Shown: one piece after another, positions 29,308 to 39,063 of the stretch | How positions within the stretch are numbered: the stretch's first letter is position 1 | Layout: each line of letters starts with the position of its first letter | Source: a virus | Strand: one strand, 5' to 3' | DNA length: 64,000 bases | Virus record (IMG/VR): IMGVR_UViG_3300032315_000608 | Location: 5,341-69,340 of that record | Made by a program: the position numbers and the translations under genes | The notes under the pieces: generated by a model | Told to the model about the DNA's origin: nothing | What the model saw: the letters and a program-made list of their open reading frames with translations, nothing else | Databases searched by the model: none

Positions 29308-29729
29308 TCGTAATACCCCACGTAAACTTTATACTGTGCGTTGGCGGGAGCCACTGGAGTTGTAGGGGTCAATTTAGTAATTCCATTAACTACGTAAGCG
29401 GTGTTGCCGACACCCCAGGGGGATTCAATAGTGGCGTTCGCATCTGTTAAAATAAGATCTCCAAAAGCAAACGGAGTGAACTCTTCCCAAGATCCCGCGT
29501 TGTAAAGTTTGATCGACTGAGGCGCTCCCGAAATCCCAGCCTGAGTCTGAAACCAGACTTTATCGTTGTCTTCTGATTGGGGGGTGGCCGCTGATACAAC
29601 AACGGAGGTTAATGTCGAGTTTGAGGAAACCGACAAATAGGACTGCAACAATTGCAATAAACCTTGGACATTGGCGGGGTATCCTGTATTGGCTGGTAAG
29701 GTCGCCGCGGTTATCGAATATACAGCCAT
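29304..29729 (-). CDS. tail-associated protein (paralog of 29763..30200)
   Basis: Shared TLP.NT.YP..VQ.L, WFQ, W.EF, SPWG, YVGY. Confidence 0.6.
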   Translation of the reverse strand: MAVYSITAATLPANTGYPANVQGLLQLLQSYLSVSSNSTLTSVVVSAATPQSEDNDKVWFQTQAGISGAPQSIKLYNAGSWEEFTPFAFGDLILTDANATIESPWGVGNTAYVVNGITKLTPTTPVAPANAQYKVYVGYYE

Positions 29730-29738
29730 AGCTTATTT

Positions 29739-29766
29739 AGATTAACGACTTATACTTTTGTGTCAA
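29739..29766 (-). promoter_or_regulatory. promoter, 16-bp spacer
   Basis: TTGACA-N16-TAATCT. Confidence 0.55.
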
Positions 29767-30200
29767 CTCTTAGAAGACCAATACCCGACATACCTCTTAT
29801 ACTTTAAGCCTTCGGGGGGAGTTGGCGAAAGAGGGGGCGCGTAGGTGGGCAGGCCGGTATCCCCAAACGCATAAGTAAAGCCATTCTCACCCCATGGGGA
29901 TACAATCTCAGAGGTGGAGGCCACGAGAACCATGTCACCTTGACTCAATTGGGCGAACTCTTTCCACTCACCATTAACGTATAGTCTAGCTACTTTTGGA
30001 AGTCCTTCTGCTGTAATCTGAAACCACAACTGACTCGATGCATCAGCGGGCAAGGCTGTGTCTGAAATCGCGTACTCGGCAGGATTCCCAGCTATCTCAA
30101 CTCTAGAATACTCAGCAACCAGATTGATTAAAGCTTGGACCGTCGGTGGGTAGCAAGTATTATCGGGTAATGTGGTTACAGTAATAGGATTTTCGTTCAT
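29763..30200 (-). CDS. tail-associated protein (paralog of 29304..29729)
   Basis: Same motif series as its paralog. Confidence 0.6.
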   Translation of the reverse strand: MNENPITVTTLPDNTCYPPTVQALINLVAEYSRVEIAGNPAEYAISDTALPADASSQLWFQITAEGLPKVARLYVNGEWKEFAQLSQGDMVLVASTSEIVSPWGENGFTYAFGDTGLPTYAPPLSPTPPEGLKYKRYVGYWSSKS

Positions 30201-30205
30201 AAATT

Positions 30206-30233
30206 AAATTATCTAATATGTTAAATGAGTCAA
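30206..30233 (-). promoter_or_regulatory. promoter, 16-bp spacer, leaderless
   Basis: TTGACT-N16-TAATTT, 5 nt before ATG. Confidence 0.55.
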
Positions 30234-30239
30234 CTTTGT

Positions 30240-30923
30240 TTATACTTCGTGGGCTAATACATACCAAGTTTTAGTTGTTCCGCCAACGCAAACTTGCAAT
30301 TCCCGTCCCTCGTAAGTTCTGCTTGTATCTACATCAAAAATAACGGCCCCAGTTCTATACTCAGTTCCCTCCATAACTAAAGCATCTTTTGTTAACGACA
30401 TTCCAGTTGTTCCGTCTTCCCCAAACAACAATTCTGCATGGTCTAATGTCCAAGAAAATTGTGGATCTCCATCGAGGCCCCCAATTTTATCTTTTTCGTA
30501 ATACCGAACATACGACTCTCGATCATTCGACATAGTTATTACTGGAGCTAAAATTGTACCTGGTTGAAAGCCGGTACAACCCGTGCATCCGCTTTCCACC
30601 TCTTTTCCAAAATATAGTGGCTGTACTAAAACATCATTTTTTGGCGGAACGCAATTTTCACAAAAATTACTACTGAAGCCAGAACCGGATGGGGGCGCTG
30701 GGGCTGGCGGCACAACTTCATTCGTTGGGTCTTCGGGGTCACTTCCTGCGGGGGGTTCTGGATTGGGGGGTGTAACTGTTGGGGCATCTACAACTGGACC
30801 AAACTGTTGAGCCGCCACTACAGTATTAAACCCGGGTAGCACCAAAACAGAAATTGTTCCCCCGCCAAAACCAGGGAGCCCGGTCGGTAAAGGATTCCCT
30901 ACAAACTCAATTCTTTCCGCCAT
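30240..30923 (-). CDS. Pro/Cys-rich tail-region protein
   Basis: Pro-rich linker, two CxxC; ends ELQVCVGG. Confidence 0.6.
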   Translation of the reverse strand: MAERIEFVGNPLPTGLPGFGGGTISVLVLPGFNTVVAAQQFGPVVDAPTVTPPNPEPPAGSDPEDPTNEVVPPAPAPPSGSGFSSNFCENCVPPKNDVLVQPLYFGKEVESGCTGCTGFQPGTILAPVITMSNDRESYVRYYEKDKIGGLDGDPQFSWTLDHAELLFGEDGTTGMSLTKDALVMEGTEYRTGAVIFDVDTSRTYEGRELQVCVGGTTKTWYVLAHEV

Positions 30924-30926
30924 ACA

Positions 30927-32867
30927 TTAACACTCCCCAAGATCGCTGATATCTTTTCTGGAAGCATGCAGCCTAAACAAAGCCAGCTTTGCGTGTCCAA
31001 CCCAAGACATTTTTGGTTGGAACAAATAGCCGAAGCGGGCTTTTCTTCCAACACCCGTCACGCAGGAATCCGAAGGTTTTACCGTTCGCACGTTATAGTA
31101 TCCGAGGGCTAGTTCCAACGGAGCACAGCCGGTAAAAGAATCTGTCTCCGTTTCATAGCTAATTGTGCCTGTTTGGACAGGAAGGAATGTTGGATAATAA
31201 TCTGGGGCAAATTCAAAGTTCCACGATACATCGCCGTAAATCTCCGAAAAGCTCAAATCAGCTCGGAAGAGTTCTTTAATTTCAAATGGTGATTCAAAAG
31301 ACATTCTGCGGAACTCTACAGAAGAAGATATAGGAAGATTTAAAGTGCCTTCGCCGTCCGGAACGGTATCAAAATAATCATCTGTGGTGATCTCATACAA
31401 AGCGTTATTGCCGTCAGATCCGCAAACAATAGCGAAGCATCTTTTGTCCCCATCAAAAACCCCCTGAACTAATTTAGATACTTGTAGCCCGGTCCACTCT
31501 CCATCGTACACGGGCGGGAAATTTCCTTGGTATACCCCGGGGTTAAAGTCTTGGCTAACCAATTTTGTAAAGACAATGTTAAACGCAGTTGGGTCTCCAG
31601 CAACTTTTTGGATCTTGGGGGCGCAACCATATAGCGCTCGGTAATCAAAGTAGACGGATGGGGCAAAACGAATCCACCGTGCAGTGTCATAATTAACGAC
31701 GCGATCAGCCTCAACGCTATCTACTAAAGTAACATTTGCGCTTTTCGTGAATTGAACAGTTTGAACGAAAGATCTAACTCCATCTAAAGATCGAAAGTAA
31801 ACATCGTTATTTGTAACTATCATTGCGTCCGGAGACTCTGCTCCACCGCCAATAAAAATTTTTCTTTGCATTCCTGGCGTCTGTTGCCAGAGGGCTCGAT
31901 CAAAAATATTCGATCGAATTGCCCCCACTTGTTCTCTTGTGAAGACGATTAAATCCCCCTGACCGGTGGAAGTATCGGATCCCGGCAAAAAAGCTAACCC
32001 GGTAATATCGGAATCAAAAGCAAAGCTACCACCGCCAGATAGGTATTGGATCTCAGAAAATCGAACTTCGGCTCCGGCATAACTTCCAGCCAAATCACCA
32101 GCAAACAATTGATTACCTCTAGCAACCCATAGCCGTCCGTTTCCAAAAGCCATGACTGTTCCCACGGGGATGGATACATTCGCTTGTAGTGGTCCGGGGG
32201 GAAAGAACTTTACGGTAGCCAAAGCTGTAAGAGTACAATTATTATTCAACGTAACTTCTGTAGCCGTATCAACAGATACAATTACTGTGTTTGGGGGGAC
32301 TCCTCTTGCAGCCTGCATCAGCATTCCGGGAAACAATCCGGCGGTTGAAGAGACGTTGATTCTTGGGTTGTTAGCCCCCATGGTTACTTGTAGTTCTACG
32401 TAAGAACTGATCTCTTCTAAGATTCTTTCCGAGCGATAAGAGCTTGAGCCGGTGTAAACAATCGGAGAACTAACCCCGTCTTGCACCACTAGAAAATTAT
32501 TGGCGGCCGCAAAGGAGGCTTGTCGGGAAATATAATTATTCGTTTCTCCCACGGGAGCTGCGGGCGTGACATCGAGAACTGGGGCTGATGCATCAACTGG
32601 TTGAACGCTGTAAAGTCTTCCATTAATTAATGTGACCAACTCATCCACGGAGGGATTTTTAAAATAAGAAGCCCCTTGAATTACACCATTAGGTAAAGCT
32701 TTTACAAACTTAAAACCAGGTCGAGATCTTGGGTAACCCCCTCGTATACTTACATTTTCTCCCCAAGAGAATTGATTCGGGGGCAACAGCGCTGGGTCTA
32801 CGCTAGAATTGGCTCCGCCAATGAAGGATTCAATTCCTTCAACTAGCCGATTTGGATCATTGATCAT
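30927..32867 (-). CDS. putative tail nozzle / tubular protein B (stabilisation protein)
   Basis: Beta-propeller-like; N-terminal GG.NS..DP..LP..Q.....NV..RGG; GNGRLWVA. Confidence 0.65.
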   Translation of the reverse strand: MINDPNRLVEGIESFIGGANSSVDPALLPPNQFSWGENVSIRGGYPRSRPGFKFVKALPNGVIQGASYFKNPSVDELVTLINGRLYSVQPVDASAPVLDVTPAAPVGETNNYISRQASFAAANNFLVVQDGVSSPIVYTGSSSYRSERILEEISSYVELQVTMGANNPRINVSSTAGLFPGMLMQAARGVPPNTVIVSVDTATEVTLNNNCTLTALATVKFFPPGPLQANVSIPVGTVMAFGNGRLWVARGNQLFAGDLAGSYAGAEVRFSEIQYLSGGGSFAFDSDITGLAFLPGSDTSTGQGDLIVFTREQVGAIRSNIFDRALWQQTPGMQRKIFIGGGAESPDAMIVTNNDVYFRSLDGVRSFVQTVQFTKSANVTLVDSVEADRVVNYDTARWIRFAPSVYFDYRALYGCAPKIQKVAGDPTAFNIVFTKLVSQDFNPGVYQGNFPPVYDGEWTGLQVSKLVQGVFDGDKRCFAIVCGSDGNNALYEITTDDYFDTVPDGEGTLNLPISSSVEFRRMSFESPFEIKELFRADLSFSEIYGDVSWNFEFAPDYYPTFLPVQTGTISYETETDSFTGCAPLELALGYYNVRTVKPSDSCVTGVGRKARFGYLFQPKMSWVGHAKLALFRLHASRKDISDLGEC

Positions 32868-32873
32868 GCCGGT

Positions 32874-34127
32874 TTAACTCCCGGCCATTATGACCCAATT
32901 AGTGCCGTTACTTACAAGGGTAGCCCATTCCCCAGCAGTTCCAGATAGAATTGAGGAACCAGCAGTACCGCTATTTAGAGGTACTATATTATTAGATGCA
33001 GAATCAACTGCTTGAGCTTGTATTGTTTTTATAAAAATCTCTCGCCCCGGAGTTAAGGCGGCCGATGGGAAAGTAACCGTAGTTGCCAAAACAGCATTAT
33101 TTACAATAATCCAATTCTCGGTAGAAGCGATACTAAAATCTGTAGTTTTTGTTACGGGAGATCCTCTACTAATGGCTCCGACAATATCCAAAGCGACTGT
33201 TGGAGTAGTTTTAAAAATACCAACTCCATTGAAGGGGGTATCAGTACTTAAAACTGTAATGGGTCTTGTGCTATTTGTCCCGTAAACTTGGAAGGAAGGG
33301 TTAGCCGCGATTCCTCCTGGGTTAACCAGAAGGGTATTCATTTCGGCGGCGCCATCTACGTCTAATAGTTTTGAGGGGGAATTTGTACCAATACCAACTG
33401 CGTCGGCACTAGCGTCTACAAAGAAAGTGTCAGAAACATTTTTGGTTTTAATCAAGAAATCGCCGGATGTTCCAGTTCCAGATTGCTCAGAATTAAAGGT
33501 AGCACCTCTAGTGAATTCTGCATCAGATGGGGTTGCAAGAGTCCCTACTTTAAATGATCCATCTACATGAAGAGTAGTCTCTGGTGCGTCAATGGAAACA
33601 CCAACTCTTCCATTTGTTCCGCCATTCGCATCGCAAAATAACAAATGTGTATCGCCATCGCCCTCAACTCTAAAATCAGAATTGTTCCCACTTTCGTTAA
33701 TAGTAACGGGTCCGTCTAAACTAGAGACACCACCGGTAGTTACGGTTAAAGAAGCCAAAGGTGCCGAGTAAACGGCGGAAGCAGATGGAGATACCTTTCG
33801 ACCGCTAGTTACCGTTCCGCCGACGGAGATTCCATCTGTGCTAATTAGGTTAGCTGTCACCGAAGAAAAAGATGGACTTCCACCTAATGCTGATACCGTA
33901 TAAAATCCAGCTTGAGAAATATAAATTGTTTGGCCGACAGCAATCCATCGGTTCTCAACGACCGAAAAAGTAACGGGAGACCCAACGGAAGGCTGAGTAA
34001 AATTAGCACTCGTTGTGGTAAAAGCGTTAAGTCCATTAGTACCGTTCGTACCGTTAATACCAGCAAGACCCTGAGGTCCCGGGGCTCCGGCTTCTCCAAC
34101 AACAAGTGTATTACAATCGCAGCTCAT
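32874..34127 (-). CDS. tail fibre protein
   Basis: Collagen-like GxxGxx start; repeated RVGV/VGIGT..P...LDV.G fibre motifs. Confidence 0.75.
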   Translation of the reverse strand: MSCDCNTLVVGEAGAPGPQGLAGINGTNGTNGLNAFTTTSANFTQPSVGSPVTFSVVENRWIAVGQTIYISQAGFYTVSALGGSPSFSSVTANLISTDGISVGGTVTSGRKVSPSASAVYSAPLASLTVTTGGVSSLDGPVTINESGNNSDFRVEGDGDTHLLFCDANGGTNGRVGVSIDAPETTLHVDGSFKVGTLATPSDAEFTRGATFNSEQSGTGTSGDFLIKTKNVSDTFFVDASADAVGIGTNSPSKLLDVDGAAEMNTLLVNPGGIAANPSFQVYGTNSTRPITVLSTDTPFNGVGIFKTTPTVALDIVGAISRGSPVTKTTDFSIASTENWIIVNNAVLATTVTFPSAALTPGREIFIKTIQAQAVDSASNNIVPLNSGTAGSSILSGTAGEWATLVSNGTNWVIMAGS

Positions 34128-34138
34128 TTAGTTCTCCT

Positions 34139-35740
34139 TTAAGTCTTTAGCGCAATCCGATACCTTGTTCCGTTTAGATAAATAATAAGGTCTTGGCCGG
34201 CACTTGCACCACCAGAGGTTGTCACAAGATTACCCATTGCATTTCCGCCTGTCGCACCGATAACAAGCGACCCATCCACGGCGGGGGAAACCGCCGATTT
34301 CCCAAGGACAATGCACAGGTTTCTTCCGCCGCTGTCCACATCCGCGTCTCCACCCAAAATCGTGTTTCCTTGGCCGTTTGTGATCGTGTCTCCAGCGGCT
34401 TCTCCGATAAGTGTGTTGGAATCACCCGATGTTGCATTAAGCCCTGCGCTTCTTCCGATCATGGTGTTGTAGCTACCCGTCAGAACGAACCCCGCCGCGC
34501 GACCCATGGCAACATTGTCAATGCCAGCGGACAAACTCCCAAGGGCATTATATCCAACCGCGGTGTTCGAGATGCCCGTTGAGATTGCGTCCAGACAATT
34601 TGCGCCCACCGCTGTATTTTGACCGCCAGATGCACTTACCGCACCCAAAAGCGCATTGTATCCAACCGCCGTGTTGTCAGTTGAAACGGCAAAATTCAAC
34701 AAAGCATTGAAGCCAACCCCTGTATTGTTTGCACCCGTGGTGTTACCTTGAAGTGCGTTTGCCCCGTTGGCGGTGTTTGCAGATCCTGTGGTGTTTGCAC
34801 GGAGAGCCTCGCTTCCAACAGCCACGTTGTTTGCAGCGGTTGTGTTTACGAGAAGGGCATTTGCTCCGATGGCTGTGTTGTTACCCCCAGTGGTGTTTGC
34901 TTCGAGGGCACTTGCACCGGAGGCTGTATTTTGAGCCCCGGTTGTGTTTGAATAAAGGGCTTGGCGACCAACCGCTGTGTTAGTGTTTCCGGTTGTGTTG
35001 AGCGTAAGGGCGTTTGTGCCAAGGGCTGTGTTGCTGGATCCAGTTGTATTTAAGCGGAGGGTCTGGTAACCGGTGGCTGTGTTGCTGGATCCAGTTGTGT
35101 TGCTTTGGAGTGCATTTGCACCGGAGGCTGTGTTGTAGTTTCCAGTCGTGTTGGAAATAAGGGCGTTTGCTCCCGTGGCTGTGTTAGCGCCCCCAGTTGT
35201 GTTTGCTGTAAGCGCACCCGCCCCCACGGCCGTATTGTTACTCGCAGTAGTGTTTGCGCTGAGGGCGCTTTTTCCCACTGCTGTATTGCTGGCTCCAGTT
35301 GTATTTAAGCGGAGGGTCTGGTAACCGGTGGCTGTGTTTTCGTCTCCAGTTGTATTCGAGGCGAGAGCATTTGTTCCCGCAGCTACATTAAACAAAGTAG
35401 CACTTGTCGCGGGGGCTGGTCTAAGCAACCGATAATCGGCAGCCCCAACTTCAAAGTATGAAGCTTCCAGTACTTTTGACCCGGTTCCAGAATAAACCCA
35501 TTCACGACCATCAGAAGTTACAACCCAACTACCTTCGTTGATTAACGCTTGTTGCGCAGTTGTTAAATCAGCGATACCGCCTGAACTTACGATTACGTCA
35601 TTTGTCTCTTCAAGAACTGTAACCCGCGTATCAAGCGAATCAATTTCGGCCTGAATAGTGGCTGGAGGAGGAGTGGTGTTAGCCCCGGCTGTTCCGCAAT
35701 CGCAATCTCGGGCGTAGTTATCGGGATTAGGAAAACTCAT
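34139..35740 (-). CDS. tail fibre/adhesin with 14-aa NTTG..NTA.G..AL repeats
   Basis: More than 20 tandem 14-residue repeats. Confidence 0.8.
   Translation of the reverse strand: MSFPNPDNYARDCDCGTAGANTTPPPATIQAEIDSLDTRVTVLEETNDVIVSSGGIADLTTAQQALINEGSWVVTSDGREWVYSGTGSKVLEASYFEVGAADYRLLRPAPATSATLFNVAAGTNALASNTTGDENTATGYQTLRLNTTGASNTAVGKSALSANTTASNNTAVGAGALTANTTGGANTATGANALISNTTGNYNTASGANALQSNTTGSSNTATGYQTLRLNTTGSSNTALGTNALTLNTTGNTNTAVGRQALYSNTTGAQNTASGASALEANTTGGNNTAIGANALLVNTTAANNVAVGSEALRANTTGSANTANGANALQGNTTGANNTGVGFNALLNFAVSTDNTAVGYNALLGAVSASGGQNTAVGANCLDAISTGISNTAVGYNALGSLSAGIDNVAMGRAAGFVLTGSYNTMIGRSAGLNATSGDSNTLIGEAAGDTITNGQGNTILGGDADVDSGGRNLCIVLGKSAVSPAVDGSLVIGATGGNAMGNLVTTSGGASAGQDLIIYLNGTRYRIALKT
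34350..35390 (-). repeat. 42-bp degenerate coding tandem repeat
   Basis: GCTGTGTT..CCAGTTGTG periodicity; near-exact duplicate blocks at about 35040-35083 and 35295-35339. Confidence 0.8.
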
Positions 35741-35747
35741 CGCAGTG

Positions 35748-35775
35748 ATTATGCCTGTCTATAATTATGAGTCAA
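35748..35775 (-). promoter_or_regulatory. promoter, 16-bp spacer, leaderless
   Basis: TTGACT-N16-CATAAT, 7 nt before ATG. Confidence 0.55.
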
Positions 35776-35782
35776 GCAATCC

Positions 35783-36178
35783 CTACTTGAGAACGTTCCA
35801 ATTATCCCGCCACTTGCAGTTAGGTTCAAGATAGATGGATTTGGTGCGGGGGAGCTTTTCTCTTGGTATGACAAATAAAGCATCCAAAGTTGTATTTAGA
35901 AATATAAAAACGTCGCAATCTCCCTTGGTGTATAGCCTTTTCTGCATATGCCCAAAACCGGGACCGCGGATAGCAAAAAACTTTAACTTTCTCCTGCGAC
36001 AATCTTCACCCCCACCAATGGTGGTTTTAACTTGGACGCGTACCATCTTACCCTTCCAATCGGTAACCAAGTCGTATCCATCGTCATAGATGGGCAGGCT
36101 TACGAGAAAGCCTTGCTCCATCAATCTGGTGGAAACCTTTTGTACGCCTATTGCTCCTAATCTAATGTTGTTGCTCAT
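35783..36178 (-). CDS. PD-(D/E)XK endonuclease (PDDEXK_5-like)
   Basis: G..G...V...L...G..VS.P....YDLV.D....RVQVKT, Y...D.D.F. Confidence 0.75.
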   Translation of the reverse strand: MSNNIRLGAIGVQKVSTRLMEQGFLVSLPIYDDGYDLVTDWKGKMVRVQVKTTIGGGEDCRRRKLKFFAIRGPGFGHMQKRLYTKGDCDVFIFLNTTLDALFVIPREKLPRTKSIYLEPNCKWRDNWNVLK

Positions 36179-36717
36179 AACCAGCTCCTTGCGAGTATTG
36201 TACCAAGGGGTCGACGCTTGCGATAGACCCCGTCCCCATCTCTACTACCATCGTCGTTTGTATTACCCTCTATCGTTACAGCCCATTTTCCTTCGACTTT
36301 TTCGATGATACCCGTGTGAGCCACGCGTTTAAGACTTTGAAAATAAATCCCAAAGGCATCGGCTCGATCTGGCTTCTTTCCGCGACCTCTGTCCCATGTA
36401 GGACTTTTAACGAAATCTGGGCTCCAAGCAGATCTCGGGAACGGGTTCTCTTTCTTGCCGAACGCTTCATCTCCTATGTATACCACCCAAGCTGCGCACC
36501 AGGGAGCCCTTGTTCCTTCTAGCCCCACTGAGGCTAGGATCTTGTCCACCAAGGGCCCGGAGTTTCTGCCGACTTCTCGCCAGCCAATGGTTCCCCGAGC
36601 CACTTCAATAAGTCGCGATAGTCTTTCTCCTCGCGTCGGTACGATTCCTTCAGCAATTGCTTCTCGGGTACCCAGCAAAGATATAAACGCCAGAGCCAAC
36701 GCATAAATTATCCGCAT
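36175..36717 (-). CDS. CHAP-domain endolysin with N-terminal signal/SAR
   Basis: PWCAAWV, HTGI, TIEGNT; hydrophobic N-terminus. Confidence 0.8.
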   Translation of the reverse strand: MRIIYALALAFISLLGTREAIAEGIVPTRGERLSRLIEVARGTIGWREVGRNSGPLVDKILASVGLEGTRAPWCAAWVVYIGDEAFGKKENPFPRSAWSPDFVKSPTWDRGRGKKPDRADAFGIYFQSLKRVAHTGIIEKVEGKWAVTIEGNTNDDGSRDGDGVYRKRRPLGTILARSWL

Positions 36718-37049
36718 AACAGGGCGAAAGATATGACGAGCCCTAAGAACACGGCGACCAAGATAGTCGCTCGTGTCTGCCCATCCAACTCCTGCCAGTC
36801 GTCCTCCAAAGCATTGTTGTCCATATATCGATCCAAAAACTTAAACTCAATATTGATTATTAGCCAGGCTAATGTCACCGCAAAGAGTAGCTTAACACCC
36901 GCAAATAGGACGACATGAAGGGCTCCGAGGTCAACAACACCGGCTCCGGGGTCAAGGACTCTAAGGATCGGGCCTAGGGCCAAGAATAGGGTAAGTCCGC
37001 ACAGCAGAGCGCCCAAACCCTGGACGTTATCCTTTAGCCACTTTTTCAC
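36708..37049 (-). CDS. putative holin
   Basis: Three TM segments; adjacent to the endolysin. Confidence 0.6.
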   Translation of the reverse strand: MKKWLKDNVQGLGALLCGLTLFLALGPILRVLDPGAGVVDLGALHVVLFAGVKLLFAVTLAWLIINIEFKFLDRYMDNNALEDDWQELDGQTRATILVAVFLGLVISFALLCG

Positions 37050-37439
37050 TTAAAAGAGTTTAAGAAAGGGAAAGAAATTACGCAAGGCCAAAAATGCGGG
37101 TAAAAGAAGCATCCCGCCGATACCAATTAAACGCCACTTCCATAGCATCCCAACGGCTTTGCTGTACTTGGCCTCAAGATACTCGAGCCTTTCAGCCATC
37201 TCAGAACGTTCTTTGAAGTTCTTATCGACCTGAGATTGAAGCTTTAGGATCTGGTCTTTGGTGTTATCCAGCTCGTCGGCTACGGGTTTGCAAGCTGGGA
37301 TTGAACGGGCAATGGCTTGAGCCTTTAAAACTGAATCAGTCGTGGCCTGAAGGGTTAGAGAACCTGAGGAAGTCGTGCGTGTCGTGGATGCGCAAGAAGA
37401 AAGAATTATACAAAATAAAAATAAAGTAATAAATTTCAT
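37050..37439 (-). CDS. lipoprotein with C-terminal TM (u-spanin-like)
   Basis: LSSC lipobox, coiled coil, C-terminal hydrophobic helix. Confidence 0.55.
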   Translation of the reverse strand: MKFITLFLFCIILSSCASTTRTTSSGSLTLQATTDSVLKAQAIARSIPACKPVADELDNTKDQILKLQSQVDKNFKERSEMAERLEYLEAKYSKAVGMLWKWRLIGIGGMLLLPAFLALRNFFPFLKLF

Positions 37440-37450
37440 ATAAAGTTAAA

Positions 37451-37477
37451 ATCCTGGTGGGTTTTACCCCACCAGGA
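37451..37477. terminator. hairpin
   Basis: TCCTGGTGGG-TTTTA-CCCCACCAGGA flanked by an A-run. Confidence 0.5.
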
Positions 37478-37512
37478 AATAACGCTTTAGCTTATTCTTT
37501 TTCATAAAAGGA

Positions 37513-38319
37513 CTATAATGAAAGCGCATTTACCATTAATTGAATTTTATTTCTAAGATTTGGGTCCCCTTTTGAAGTCATAAAATGACTATAATGTTTT
37601 TCTTCTGCCTCTTGATCATTTGGCCATCCATTTGGAAATAATGATTCAACTTTTTTGTTATAATATTTAGAAAATACTGCAAGATAATATTGCTCTGCTA
37701 TGCAAGCCTTCATCCACCAACTTTTATCAAATGAAAATCCTCTATAATTTAACCAAAAGTCTTTGTTCTTTGGATCTAGTATTAGTTCTAGAGCAGAGTC
37801 GCTATAATTATATAGAAATTCAAGATCATTCCCGCCAATGATTCCAACATTAATAGCATCAGCCAGATTATGATCATGGTCGTCGTCAACTTTTCCTGCA
37901 ATATGTAGATTTGGACAATTAGCTTTCAATTTCTCTATCTCATACCAATGATATGTTCCGTCTTCTTTGTTTTGAGCAAATACATCTGCTTTTTTAAGTC
38001 TATCCTCAAGGCCTTTCCACAAAATAACATCATAATCTACATGCACAAATGGGTCGCCTTTTTTTGCTATTAATTTATAAGCAAGCAACTTACTAATACT
38101 CCAAGTTTCGCTATATTCTTTTGGAAGATCATTAAATTCCTTTGCTACTGATGAGAAATTGATATCTTTAAAATAAGGTAAGCTAGTATCGTCTGTTATA
38201 AAGTGTACTTCACCAAAGTTTTGTTTTAAGAAATAAGCGCACACTTTATGCATATTTACTGTAAACTGATCTGGAGTTTTAGCTTTACCGCCAGACCAAT
38301 AGCTCATGTAGGGCTTCAT
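37513..38319 (-). CDS. DUF6734-like / glycosyltransferase-like protein
   Basis: SYWS, WSISKL.AY, PFVHVDYDVILW, N.GI.GG.D, EQY.L; AT-rich. Confidence 0.6.
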   Translation of the reverse strand: MKPYMSYWSGGKAKTPDQFTVNMHKVCAYFLKQNFGEVHFITDDTSLPYFKDINFSSVAKEFNDLPKEYSETWSISKLLAYKLIAKKGDPFVHVDYDVILWKGLEDRLKKADVFAQNKEDGTYHWYEIEKLKANCPNLHIAGKVDDDHDHNLADAINVGIIGGNDLEFLYNYSDSALELILDPKNKDFWLNYRGFSFDKSWWMKACIAEQYYLAVFSKYYNKKVESLFPNGWPNDQEAEEKHYSHFMTSKGDPNLRNKIQLMVNALSL

Positions 38320-38350
38320 GTATATGTTATATTGATATTTGCAGTATTGG

Positions 38351-39004
38351 TTATGTTACAACCGACCCGTTTTGATAGGTTTGATTATTCCAGTTCCCAT
38401 TCCCAGCCGAATTCAAAGTTGTTTTAACATTATTTATCCAATAAGAATTGTTATAGAAACCATTTGCTGTACCTAGAATGGGAATCCATTCTTGTACATT
38501 GGTTGTGGATGGAACTATAGTGACTTGAAACCCTTGGGCGGTAAATCCTGTTATTGGTATATTGTATTCCGTAAAATTAATCCGTGTATTAGAAAAGAAA
38601 GACACATACGGATCTGGACCAAACGGATTATTAAGCCTTGCAGGATGGGCTAGTTCAATCTTAATACCTTGGATGCCGACTATCAATGTTCCCAGGGGCG
38701 AATTATCGTTTTTAATGGCTCTATATAACTGAAATGAACTATAATTATTACTGGCGGGAGGATTCGCACCATTATTTGTTTCTGTCCAATTTCTAAAGGT
38801 TTCTTCTTCGTTTGAATAACCCATATTCCAGTCGCTAATAGTAAATGACCTAGGCCCAAATAATGGTCCAGATAAGTATCGCAAGAATTGATCTACAAGA
38901 CTTATACCGATACCACCCCCAGAATCGCTCCCATAGCCGCTTCCATAGCCGCTTCCAGAAATCCGAATCTGATTCGCTATCGATAAACCAAGGCCTAGCT
39001 TCAT
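38351..39004 (-). CDS. MKLGLGLS-type putative structural protein
   Basis: N-terminal LGLGLS motif; N/T-rich body. Confidence 0.6.
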   Translation of the reverse strand: MKLGLGLSIANQIRISGSGYGSGYGSDSGGGIGISLVDQFLRYLSGPLFGPRSFTISDWNMGYSNEEETFRNWTETNNGANPPASNNYSSFQLYRAIKNDNSPLGTLIVGIQGIKIELAHPARLNNPFGPDPYVSFFSNTRINFTEYNIPITGFTAQGFQVTIVPSTTNVQEWIPILGTANGFYNNSYWINNVKTTLNSAGNGNWNNQTYQNGSVVT

Positions 39005-39057
39005 TTATTTAGACGCTTAGTCAGCGATAACGATAAGCCTAAGCCGATTTTCGGCAT
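39001..39057 (-). CDS. 18-aa mini-ORF MPKIGLGLSLSLTKRLNK
   Basis: Manual translation; ATGA-coupled to the next gene. Confidence 0.4.
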   Translation of the reverse strand: MPKIGLGLSLSLTKRLNK

Positions 39058-39063
39058 GGCAGT

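Noticed and set aside
34350-35390. Periodic repeats resembling a CRISPR array or DGR template/variable pair
   Set aside because: In-frame 14-aa coding repeats with no unique spacers; no reverse transcriptase in the window.
35783-36178. Group I intron around the PD-(D/E)XK endonuclease
   Set aside because: Flanking genes look intact and abut it; there is no room for an intron core.
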